Source: an uncultured Candidatus Melainabacteria bacterium
GTDB taxonomy: Bacteria > Cyanobacteriota > Vampirovibrionia > Gastranaerophilales > Gastranaerophilaceae
Direction: 5' to 3'
NCBI GenBank assembly: GCA_947090755.1
Contig: CAMUPF010000008.1
Coordinates: forward strand, 3,901 to 67,900
Length of the DNA stretch: 64,000 nucleotides
Below the pieces are notes generated by a model. That model saw only the letters and a program-made list of their open reading frames with translations. It was not told the DNA's origin and did not search any database. Position 1 is the stretch's first letter. Each line of letters starts with the position of its first letter. The position numbers and the translations under genes were made by a program. Below are positions 55,777 through 64,000 of the stretch, in pieces.

Positions 55777-57251
55777 AGTTCTTCGTAAATTTCAATCGGG
55801 GCGTAGAAGGAAACTTCTTCGCGCGCAAGAACACTGACTTCATTGAAATAGCTTGATAGCATTTTGAATATCAGGTGGCGGAATTCAAGCGGAACAATTA
55901 TTGTACGGCAATTGTATTTCGTCATTAGTTTTTCAAGCTTTTTAGCCAGTTGATCAGCGTATTTTGCGTCGATTTTGATGATTTCTTCGTCTTCCTCTTC
56001 TTCAACGGCTGTTTCGCAGACGTTTAGGAGCGAATCTTCTGTGATTTCGATTGCAGGGATTACGCCGTCTTCGTTTACAAAATTCCTTGTAATCTGGCGG
56101 CCGATTGAAAGACGCAGTTTGCGCAAAATGTCTGATTTGTCGCAATCGTTCGCAAAATCATTAATTTTTTCTAAAATAAATGTGATGTCTTTTATTGAAA
56201 CTCTTTCATTGATGAGGCTTGTCAGAATGTATCTTAAATCTGCAAGGGTTAAAAATTCAGGGATTAGGTTTTCGATTAAGTAGGAGTTGTTTTCATCAAC
56301 GACTTCGATGTAGTTGTCAAGTTCGTTGTAGTCTAAGATTTCGTCAACAAATTTTACAGCGATAAATTCCAGCGCGCGGGTTATGCATTGAGCGCCGGAA
56401 AGTCCTTTTTCCCAGAAGTCTTTGCATTTTGTTTTTGGAACCCATACGATTTTTTTGCCTGAAATGGCGTCATCGTCATAGATTGCGTCTTTAATTTTTT
56501 TGTCGGTAAGGATATTGTCAGCGAAAAACATCAGATGATTAGGGTAGACGATTCCTCTAAAGACTTCCAGCCCGCGGATTTTTATGGTGTATTCGTAAGG
56601 GCTCAGGGTTTCGTCGTCCTTAAAAACGATTTTAGGGATTACGTAACCCAGTTCTTCGGTGAGTTTAAGGCGAAGTTTGACGGTTTCTGCGATAAGTTCT
56701 TCTTCGTCGATATCCTGTTCTGCGTCGATGTAGCCGAGGATTTCTTCGCTTAAAGTTATGGCAAGCTTGTCTTCGTGAAGTTTTTTGTACATACCTTCGG
56801 GCGAAGTGGTTTCCGCAAGCTGGCGCTTGAGTTCTTCAAGTTCGCGCAAACCCGTTGATATTCTGTCGTTAAGGCGTTTGCGGCCAAGTGAGGCAGGCGC
56901 TTCGTTTTCGAGTTCTTTTTTTGCGCGTGCAACTTTGTTTTTAACTTCTTTGATTTTGTGTTGGATTTCAAGGCACGCTTCATAGGGTGTAAGTGTAGGG
57001 GATAGAAGTTTTTCCATCTGGCTTTTGAAGTTAGAGATGTTTATTTCGTCCGTGTTTCGGGTGTAATTTTCGTCTTCGGATTCTTTCATAAAAATGCAGT
57101 TGTACTGATAGCCTTCATCCATTTCGACTTCGTTGATGGTGTAGAGTTCCCAGCCGTTCATAGACATTTCGTTCAACAGGTTTTGAAGAGCCTGTGTGTC
57201 TTCGCTTGAACAGGTTTTGATAACATATTGCATTTTCTTGTTTTTAAACAT
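55773..57251 (-). CDS. soluble protein with DUF4177-like N-terminus, coiled coil and FlhA C-terminal (FHIPEP cytoplasmic) domain; no transmembrane region
   Basis: LTEELGYVIPKIVFKDDETLSPYEYTIKIRGLEVFRGIVYP and LTSLINERVSIKDITFILEKINDFA closely parallel conserved FlhA-C blocks. The N-terminus NGWELYTINE.. is DUF4177-like. Confidence 0.65.
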   Translation of the reverse strand: MFKNKKMQYVIKTCSSEDTQALQNLLNEMSMNGWELYTINEVEMDEGYQYNCIFMKESEDENYTRNTDEINISNFKSQMEKLLSPTLTPYEACLEIQHKIKEVKNKVARAKKELENEAPASLGRKRLNDRISTGLRELEELKRQLAETTSPEGMYKKLHEDKLAITLSEEILGYIDAEQDIDEEELIAETVKLRLKLTEELGYVIPKIVFKDDETLSPYEYTIKIRGLEVFRGIVYPNHLMFFADNILTDKKIKDAIYDDDAISGKKIVWVPKTKCKDFWEKGLSGAQCITRALEFIAVKFVDEILDYNELDNYIEVVDENNSYLIENLIPEFLTLADLRYILTSLINERVSIKDITFILEKINDFANDCDKSDILRKLRLSIGRQITRNFVNEDGVIPAIEITEDSLLNVCETAVEEEEDEEIIKIDAKYADQLAKKLEKLMTKYNCRTIIVPLEFRHLIFKMLSSYFNEVSVLAREEVSFYAPIEIYEEL

Positions 57252-57402
57252 ATCTGACTCCTATATATGTATAATTATAACATATTTTTGAACCTCCGCC
57301 TAGTGCGAAATGATGAAATTATTTTTACAAAAATTCACATATTTGCCACGCAATAATTTTTTTCAGGTGTTTTTGATATAATGAAAAACAAGGAAATTTT
57401 AT

Positions 57403-58254
57403 ATGGCGGTTGAAAAATCTATTATGGAAAAAGTTAGTTTGTTGTCAGCAGAAAAGGCATTACATAGCGTGGAAGGACCTATCTCTCATGTTTTACCTCT
57501 CGAAATGTTTAGAAAACATGAAGATATGAAATCTCTTTTAAAGTTTAATAATTCTATTGAAAATCCGGTTTTCGTTTCTTTGAAATCGGATTTTTTGTAT
57601 AAAATGCAGAGGTTGTTGAAGCAGGACAGACCTATAATGATTGCGATTACGGGTGAGAGCGCGAGCGGTAAGTCTTGTTTTACGCAGAATTTGAAACAAT
57701 CTATTCTTGATATGGGTGTTGAATGCTCCTTTATCAGCTGCGACAATTTCTATCAGGATATTTCCTGCTACTATGAAAAATACGGAAATTACGGAAACGC
57801 ACTTGCGGCCGGTGTTGATTTGGAAGGCCCGAGCGCATTTGATTTGGAAGAACTTGAAAAATCGCTGGATGAAATTTCGCACGGCAAAGATATTTGTATT
57901 CCGAAAATGAATTTAAGCAACGGGGTTTGCATTAAAAACCAGACACCTGTAAAAAGTGCAAAAGTCGTTCTTGTTGAAGGTATTGCTTCAATGTGGAACG
58001 GGCTGGACAAAAAGTTTGATGTAACCATTTACGTAGATTTGGACGAAGCGACCCGTAAAGCGCGTCACGTTGAACGTGCGGCCAGCCGCAACAAGTCTAA
58101 AGAAGAAGCGTTGCAAATGTGGAAATATATGAGTGCGTCTGCAGAACTTCATATTCAACCGCACAAAGAAAAATGTGATATCGTTTTGAACGGTAACTAT
58201 TACAAAGAAGATTTGTTTAAAATGTTTGATAAAATGAAAATGTTATTTTCATAA
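57403..58254 (+). CDS. uridine kinase / phosphoribulokinase family protein
   Basis: P-loop IAITGESASGKS. 283 aa. Confidence 0.7.
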   Translation: MAVEKSIMEKVSLLSAEKALHSVEGPISHVLPLEMFRKHEDMKSLLKFNNSIENPVFVSLKSDFLYKMQRLLKQDRPIMIAITGESASGKSCFTQNLKQSILDMGVECSFISCDNFYQDISCYYEKYGNYGNALAAGVDLEGPSAFDLEELEKSLDEISHGKDICIPKMNLSNGVCIKNQTPVKSAKVVLVEGIASMWNGLDKKFDVTIYVDLDEATRKARHVERAASRNKSKEEALQMWKYMSASAELHIQPHKEKCDIVLNGNYYKEDLFKMFDKMKMLFS

Positions 58255-59046
58255 AGGTTTCGGACGGTTCTTATTGTTGATTAAATAAGTTCTTATATTG
58301 TCTGAAATATGGACGTTTTGTAGCGCCATGTGGTGTTTGCGCATCAGGGCGATTCGCTCCTGCTCTTCTTCAAGGTTGCGTTCGGGCGCCGGTTTGATGG
58401 ACTTTTTCACTTCTTCAAAACCGGATTTATTTTGTTTGTTGATGATTTTCTGTGCGATTTCATCAATGTTTGAGCCGCTGGTGCCGTACTTGCTTGCAAC
58501 TTCTGCAGGCGTTGCACCCTGCGGAAAATTGTAAAGCCATTTCAAAGTTAATTTGTCGTTTGTGGAAAGATTTTTAATACCCTTCTGGTGCGGGGTGTAC
58601 ATAATATCAGTTTTATACGGGCTGTGACCTAATCCCAGCGCGTGGCCGATTTCGTGCAAAATCGTGTGGTAAACCTCGTCTTCATCCATGTACTGCGCGT
58701 GAACCAGCCCCTCGGTCAGCCCGATTTGAACCTCGGCGCTATAAAGCCGGTTATTCGGGTCGTATTGGAATGTACAGTATCCGAGTGCCTGCCTGTCTAC
58801 GCGTTTCCACTCAATGTTTACGTTGGATTCCAGAAGTGTGCCGACGATTTTGAAAGAAATCTTGCCGCCTGACGCCCTTTGCCACGCTTCAAGCGCCTGT
58901 TTTACCATCGCGCGGTATTTGTAATCCTCTCCCTGTTTTGAATAAAATTTCATCGGCGCAATATAAACCTTCAACGGCATAAATGTCCAGCGCATCAGTC
59001 GGCCGTTTTTTAAAGATTCTGACAGATATGTTCTTCCATTTTCCAT
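58249..59046 (-). CDS. matrixin-like (M10/metzincin) zinc metalloprotease
   Basis: HEIGHALGLGHS zinc-binding consensus. Confidence 0.85.
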   Translation of the reverse strand: MENGRTYLSESLKNGRLMRWTFMPLKVYIAPMKFYSKQGEDYKYRAMVKQALEAWQRASGGKISFKIVGTLLESNVNIEWKRVDRQALGYCTFQYDPNNRLYSAEVQIGLTEGLVHAQYMDEDEVYHTILHEIGHALGLGHSPYKTDIMYTPHQKGIKNLSTNDKLTLKWLYNFPQGATPAEVASKYGTSGSNIDEIAQKIINKQNKSGFEEVKKSIKPAPERNLEEEQERIALMRKHHMALQNVHISDNIRTYLINNKNRPKPL

Positions 59047-59104
59047 ATTTTTATTATATAATAAGATTAGGTATTAGGGAAGACTAATTAGGAGGATATG
59101 TATA

Positions 59105-59443
59105 ATGAATATTATGCAAATGATGAAGCAGGCGCAGGGCTTGCAAAAAAGATTAAAAGATACACAGGCTGAACTTGCTAATCTTGAAGTGGTCGGCGAA
59201 AAAGGCGGCGTTAAAGTCGTTTGCGACGGTCAGGGCAAGTTTAAGTCAATTTCAATTTCAGCAGAAGCTGTAAACCCTGAAAATCCGTCTGCTGTTGATA
59301 AAGACACTTTAGAAATGTTGGAAGATGTCGTATCTGCTGCTATTAAACAGGCCGGCGACAAAGCTAATAAAGAAATGGAAACAAGAATGACTGCTGTTAC
59401 AGGCGGTTTGAATATTCCGGGATTGCAAGGCTTATTTTCATGA
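59105..59443 (+). CDS. ybaB: nucleoid-associated protein YbaB/EbfC
   Basis: MQMMKQAQGLQKRLKDTQAEL..GGGVKV. 112 aa, upstream of recR. Confidence 0.9.
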   Translation: MNIMQMMKQAQGLQKRLKDTQAELANLEVVGEKGGVKVVCDGQGKFKSISISAEAVNPENPSAVDKDTLEMLEDVVSAAIKQAGDKANKEMETRMTAVTGGLNIPGLQGLFS

Positions 59444-60036
59444 TATACCCTAAATCTATTGCAACGTTAATAGAGTATTTTCAGAAATTCCCGTCAATCG
59501 GGCCGAAATCCGCACAGAGAATGGCGTTTTATCTTTTGAGAATGCCGGTTACGGAAGTGGAAAAATTTTCACAGGCGATGTTGGAGGCGAAAAATAATAT
59601 TAAAAACTGCGAAATTTGTTTTAATATTTCGACCTCTACGCCTTGTGAAATTTGTGCGTCTACAAGCCGCGACCGCTCAACAATCTGCGTAGTTGCCGAA
59701 ACCAAAGACCTTATTGCTATTGAAAAAACCAATGAATATAAAGGACTTTATCACGTTTTGCAAGGCCTGATTTCGCCCATGGACAGTATCGGTGCGGACG
59801 ATATCAGAATCAAGGAACTTTTGAGCCGGCTTGTGAACGATGAGGTTAAAGAAGTTATTCTTGCACTTAGCCCCTCAGTTGAGGGCGAGGCAACCAGCCT
59901 TTACTTGACCAGATTGATTAAGCCGTTTAATATAAAAGTTTCGCGAATTGCCTTCGGCTTGCCGATTGGTTCGGATTTGGAATACGCTGACGAAATTACT
60001 CTTGCCAGAGCAATCGAAGGGCGTCGGGAAATTTAG
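59440..60036 (+). CDS. recR: recombination protein RecR
   Basis: Zinc finger CEICFN..CEIC and Toprim region ICVVAETKDLIAIEKT. Confidence 0.95.
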   Translation: MIYPKSIATLIEYFQKFPSIGPKSAQRMAFYLLRMPVTEVEKFSQAMLEAKNNIKNCEICFNISTSTPCEICASTSRDRSTICVVAETKDLIAIEKTNEYKGLYHVLQGLISPMDSIGADDIRIKELLSRLVNDEVKEVILALSPSVEGEATSLYLTRLIKPFNIKVSRIAFGLPIGSDLEYADEITLARAIEGRREI

Positions 60037-60067
60037 CCAACCTTGGCATTACAGAAAGTGTGAAAAA

Positions 60068-60823
60068 ATGATAAACAGAAAATCAAGAGATGATATAAAA
60101 CGTATGCGCCACGCGGGCCATATTGTGGCGCTGGTACATCAGGAAATGAAACGCGTCGTAGAACCTGGGATTTCTACAAAAGAACTTGACAATATTGCAA
60201 TGAAAGTTATTAAAGAAAACCGTGCGATACCTACATTCTTAGGATATAACGGGTTCCCCGGATGTATTTGCACATCAATTAACGAACAGGTTGTCCACGG
60301 GATTCCGAACGAAAACGTTATCCTGAAAGAGGGCGATGTCATAAGTATTGACGTTGGCGCGACTTACGGCGGTTTCGTTGGCGACAGCGCGTGGACTTAC
60401 GGCGTCGGAAAAATCAGCGACGAAGTTCAAAATCTCTTGAAATTTACAGAAGAAGGCTTATGGGCCGGTATTGCAAAAATGCACGAAGGTAATGTTTTGG
60501 ACGATGTTTCTGCGGCAATTGAGGCGGTTGCTAACCGCGAAAACCTCGGAATCGTTCGTCAATACGGCGGTCACGGAGTAGGCCGCGCAATGCATGAAGA
60601 GCCGTTCTTATTTAATTATTCGGTCGGTGACAGAACACAGTTAAAAACCGGCATGGCAATTGCGATCGAGCCTATGTTTATCTTAGGCGGTGTGGATGAG
60701 GTTGAAGTCGCTGATGATGATTGGACGGTAAGTTCTGTTGGCAAAATGCCTGCGGCACACTTTGAACATACGGTTGTTGTTACGGATAATGAACCGATAA
60801 TTACAACTAAATTGATGCTTTAG
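60068..60823 (+). CDS. map: type I methionine aminopeptidase
   Basis: ATG 60068. HGIP, DVGA..GFVGD, GHGVG and EPM metal-site motifs. Confidence 0.95.
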   Translation: MINRKSRDDIKRMRHAGHIVALVHQEMKRVVEPGISTKELDNIAMKVIKENRAIPTFLGYNGFPGCICTSINEQVVHGIPNENVILKEGDVISIDVGATYGGFVGDSAWTYGVGKISDEVQNLLKFTEEGLWAGIAKMHEGNVLDDVSAAIEAVANRENLGIVRQYGGHGVGRAMHEEPFLFNYSVGDRTQLKTGMAIAIEPMFILGGVDEVEVADDDWTVSSVGKMPAAHFEHTVVVTDNEPIITTKLML

Positions 60824-60825
60824 TA

Positions 60826-60847
60826 TGGCGCGGCGCACGCGCCGCGC
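60826..60847 (+). terminator. GC hairpin after map (no clear T run)
   Basis: ggcgcggcg-cacg-cgccgcgcc, 9-bp stem. Confidence 0.45.
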
Positions 60848-60871
60848 CTCCTAACTTATAAAAGGAGCTTT

Positions 60872-61504
60872 ATGAATTATTATGTAGGTTTATCGCTGAC
60901 AGCAGGGTCAACAATGGACACGGGACTCGCTGTTTTAGACGAAGATTATAACCTTATTATGGTAGACAAACTCTATAAAATGAGCGATGTGATTTTCTTT
61001 TTTGAAAATTTTTCGTCACTTAAACAATCAAAACTCTGCGTATCTTTGCCGTGGGATAGAACGCTTTTGAACGGTAAATGGCGAATTTTGTCAAAGCCAT
61101 ACCAACTTGTTGCGACAAATCCGCATATTAAAAATATTGATAACTGGACACAAAGATATTCAACGCGCGGCTGCGACTTCTTTAACGGCTTGATAGAACA
61201 GGGGGTTGAAGTAAATCGTTTTGAACTATACCTGACACGTCAAAGTCTGCATTTGAATTCGTGCTTCCGCGAAAGAACCCCTGCGGATTGCAAGTTTTTA
61301 CAACAGGTTCTGACGAACGAATGGGGAATAAATTTGCCTGTAAATATGATGCCGATGTCGCAATTGGAAGCTATAGTTGGCGCGATTCTGGCAATGGAAA
61401 ACGCGAAAAATCCTGACAATATCAAGGAACTTTTCACCTTCCGCGGCCAGCGCGTAATTGATGTTAAAGACAGGGCAAACGTTAAAAATCTTATTTGCGT
61501 TTAA
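60872..61504 (+). CDS. hypothetical protein
   Basis: 210-aa ORF after AAAGGAG, no diagnostic motif. Confidence 0.5.
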   Translation: MNYYVGLSLTAGSTMDTGLAVLDEDYNLIMVDKLYKMSDVIFFFENFSSLKQSKLCVSLPWDRTLLNGKWRILSKPYQLVATNPHIKNIDNWTQRYSTRGCDFFNGLIEQGVEVNRFELYLTRQSLHLNSCFRERTPADCKFLQQVLTNEWGINLPVNMMPMSQLEAIVGAILAMENAKNPDNIKELFTFRGQRVIDVKDRANVKNLICV

Positions 61505-61517
61505 CGAAAATGATAAT

Positions 61518-61548
61518 AATAAACGCCCCGATTTTCGGGGCGTTTATT
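61518..61548. terminator. bidirectional intrinsic terminator
   Basis: aataaacgccccg-atttt-cggggcgtttatt between convergent genes. Confidence 0.8.
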
Positions 61549-61784
61549 TATGTATTAATTTCTCTTTTTTCTGATATCTCAAGGTCTTTGTTTTTGATGT
61601 TATTGACCACCGCGTCTACCAGAAGACTGAAGGATTTGGAGTTTTCAATGCCCGGAAATTCCGCTTTTAACTGCGAAATAACTTCACGCTCAAGCTTCGC
61701 TTCCATTTCGTGGAAACTCATCCGCTCAATGCCGTTTACGTCGCTCATATATTTTGATTTGTTTTCTTTATCTTTGTCAAGCAT
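61548..61784 (-). CDS. hypothetical small protein
   Basis: 78-aa ORF, charged/helical. Confidence 0.4.
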   Translation of the reverse strand: MLDKDKENKSKYMSDVNGIERMSFHEMEAKLEREVISQLKAEFPGIENSKSFSLLVDAVVNNIKNKDLEISEKREINT

Positions 61785-61881
61785 TTTTCTGCTCCTACTT
61801 TTTAACCTTCTTTGTACTATTTTAAAGCATCCTCAAGGGAAATATTTCCTTTTTTAAGCACTTTGTTACAAAAATGTTACA

Positions 61882-63870
61882 TTACAATTTCGCGAAATTC
61901 GTAAGGTGGTTGTACTTATCCCTTAATAGGCTTAAAAGCGCCAGACGGTTGGTTTTTACGGCTTCGTCTTTGTCCATTACAAGTACGTCCTCAAAGAATT
62001 TTACAACTGCCGGATTGATTGCGACGAGTTGTGCCAGATATGCAGTATAGTCAACGTTTTCGTTGATTTTTGTGACTTGCGCGAAGAGTTCTTTTTCTGC
62101 CGTTTCTTTTAACAGGTTTACATTAACACTGCGGTTTTCAATCTCTTTTGTGATTCTCAACACTCTGTTTGCGCTTTCTAACAATTCAGGATTATCGAGC
62201 GTTGAAACAACTTTTACGCGTTCAATGTAGTCGTTAAGGTTAGATAATGCTCTTTCAGCGCACGCCTCTAGTACTGTCTTTTTATATGTGTCGTTTAAGA
62301 AAATGATTAAACGTTGGATGAAAAACTCTCTGATTTCATCTGCGCAATCGCGTTTGATTGGCAGAAGTTCAAGAGATTTGTAGATTAAAGCGTTGATATC
62401 GATTTTTAGGCCATATTCAAGTACGGTTCTTATAATACCAAGTGCCGCACGTCTTACGCCCAGCGGGTCAGAGGAGCCGGTTGGCTTCTTACCGTCAACA
62501 AAAACTGCACAAATATTGTCGATTTTGTCTGCAATACCTGCGATTTGGCCTTCGATTGATTTTGCGGTTTCGCTTTCTGCGTTAAGCGGGAAGTAATGTT
62601 CTTTAATACCTTCGCAAACTTTCGCGTCTTCGCCCGAAACTCTTGCGTAATCCGCACCGATAAAGCCTTGAAGTTCGGTGAATTCAAAAACTAATTTCGT
62701 TGTCAAATCCGCTTTTGCAAGCAATGCCGCGCGTTCAATTGTAGCAGAAGTTTGGCCGAGTTCTGACATCAAGTGTTTGCTTAAAGCAACCATTCTTTGC
62801 GCCTTGTCGTACATTGACCCCATTCCTTTTTGGAACGTAATACCCTTTAAGTCCTCAACATAATCACTAAGCGGTTTTGCTGTATCTTCGTTAAAGAAGA
62901 ACACGGCGTCGTCAAGTCTTGCTTTGATTACGCGAACGTTACCGGCCGCAATGTTTGCGAACTCATCGCCAAGGTAGTTTGTCATTGTAATAAATTTGTT
63001 GATAAGTTTACCGTCTTTGTAAAGCGCGAAATAACGCTGGTGAACAGCCATAACGGTTACGGTTACTTCTTCCGGAATCTCTAAATATTTCGGGTCAAAG
63101 TCGCAAACAGCAGGAACCGGATATTCTGTGATGAAAGTTACTTCATCAAGCAAATCGTCTGTGTAGTGTGGTGTTGCGCCGAGTTTTTCAGCTTCTTTTT
63201 TCGCTAATTCGATGATTCTTGCACGGCGTTCGTTCTGGTCTGCGATTACGTAATGTTTTCTCATCAGGTCTAAATATTCGTCAGGGTGAGAAATTTTGAA
63301 GGATTTTTCCGGCGCGAATCTGTGGCCGCGTGAAATGTTTGATGATTCTTTGTCAATAATTTTGATTTTCACTTCTTCACCATCAAGAATTGAAACAATC
63401 CATCTAATAGGACGTGAGAATTTTTCATCGTTTGCGCTCCAGCGCATAAAGTGAGAACCTTGCAGCTTCAAAATTAACGACGGAATATTTGATTGTAAAA
63501 CTTCAACAGCTGATTTCCCCTTGATTGAAATCTTTGCGTGAACATAATTGTCTTCAACGTACAAATCTTTCGGGTCGATTCCGTTTTTCTTGCAGAAGCC
63601 TTCGCCGGCTTTTGTTACGTTGCCGTTTTCATCATACGCTACATTTTTGATAGGGCCTTTAACGATTTTAACTTCATCCTTGCCTTCTTTTGAAAGCCCG
63701 TCCAAAATTACTGCTAAACGACGCGGGGTCGCATAAACCTTAATGTCTGAATAGTCGATTTTGTTTGTTGTTAAAAGCGTTTCAAAACTTTTTTTCAATT
63801 GCTCTATTGCGCTTGGTATAAATCTATATGGTAATTCTTCTGTTCCTATTTCTAATAAATATTTACTCAT
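61882..63870 (-). CDS. glyS: glycine--tRNA ligase beta subunit
   Basis: MSKYLLEIGTEELP N-terminus. 662 aa from ATG 63870 (after GGTGAG). Anticodon-binding C-terminal region. Confidence 0.9.
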   Translation of the reverse strand: MSKYLLEIGTEELPYRFIPSAIEQLKKSFETLLTTNKIDYSDIKVYATPRRLAVILDGLSKEGKDEVKIVKGPIKNVAYDENGNVTKAGEGFCKKNGIDPKDLYVEDNYVHAKISIKGKSAVEVLQSNIPSLILKLQGSHFMRWSANDEKFSRPIRWIVSILDGEEVKIKIIDKESSNISRGHRFAPEKSFKISHPDEYLDLMRKHYVIADQNERRARIIELAKKEAEKLGATPHYTDDLLDEVTFITEYPVPAVCDFDPKYLEIPEEVTVTVMAVHQRYFALYKDGKLINKFITMTNYLGDEFANIAAGNVRVIKARLDDAVFFFNEDTAKPLSDYVEDLKGITFQKGMGSMYDKAQRMVALSKHLMSELGQTSATIERAALLAKADLTTKLVFEFTELQGFIGADYARVSGEDAKVCEGIKEHYFPLNAESETAKSIEGQIAGIADKIDNICAVFVDGKKPTGSSDPLGVRRAALGIIRTVLEYGLKIDINALIYKSLELLPIKRDCADEIREFFIQRLIIFLNDTYKKTVLEACAERALSNLNDYIERVKVVSTLDNPELLESANRVLRITKEIENRSVNVNLLKETAEKELFAQVTKINENVDYTAYLAQLVAINPAVVKFFEDVLVMDKDEAVKTNRLALLSLLRDKYNHLTNFAKL

Positions 63871-63932
63871 CTTTCTCACCTTTTAATATCTGTACTCCAA
63901 TTATAAAAAAGACATGCTGTGATGTAAAGCTA

Positions 63933-64000
63933 TTGACGAAAAAAGAAAGATGATACATAATGGTTATATAAAGAAAGGCAGGCTGATCCTGTTCTACAAT
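63933..64000 (+). promoter_or_regulatory. second copy of the pilin-family promoter and 5-prime leader (gene continues beyond the window)
   Basis: TTGACG 63933-63938, 17-nt spacer, CATAAT 63956-63961, then ataaagaaaggcaggctgatcctgttctacaat, identical to 29331-29363. Confidence 0.6.

Overview
AT-rich bacterial chromosomal window, about 65 genes. The lineage cannot be assigned from sequence alone. Housekeeping genes: recJ, groES/groEL, maf, pheA, a phosphohexomutase, ybaB-recR-map, glyS and five tRNAs. Three accessory themes stand out. (1) A ~16.5 kb surface-polysaccharide locus (7690..24149) holds rfbF-rfbG-rfbH (CDP-3,6-dideoxyhexose entry steps), a TPP enzyme, an aldolase/DHQS-like/SDR/CMP-transferase block, a KpsC/KpsS-like transferase and several GT2 enzymes. 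It ends at a small tyrosine recombinase and a tRNA cluster. (2) A dispersed family of type IV-pilin-like proteins carries a DUF1566/Lcl-like C-terminal domain: three full genes, one remnant, and the promoter/leader of a further copy at the window end. (3) A partial flagellar export operon (fliM-like, fliO, fliP, fliQ, fliR) follows an HD-GYP/TPR/response-regulator block, and a soluble FlhA-C-like protein lies 5 kb away. The strongest signal is five long homopolymeric G/C tracts (11-15 nt), all inside coding sequence of surface genes (two pilin leaders, three polysaccharide genes). Four tracts sit in a frame-breaking length and one is in frame, the pattern expected of slipped-strand phase-variable contingency loci. 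A second unexplained signal is a GC-rich, hairpin-initiated repeat family of about 100-165 nt at gene boundaries: three clear copies and one possible divergent copy inside a pilin leader. No CRISPR array, transposase or rRNA was seen. All tract lengths are as given and could be affected by homopolymer sequencing error.
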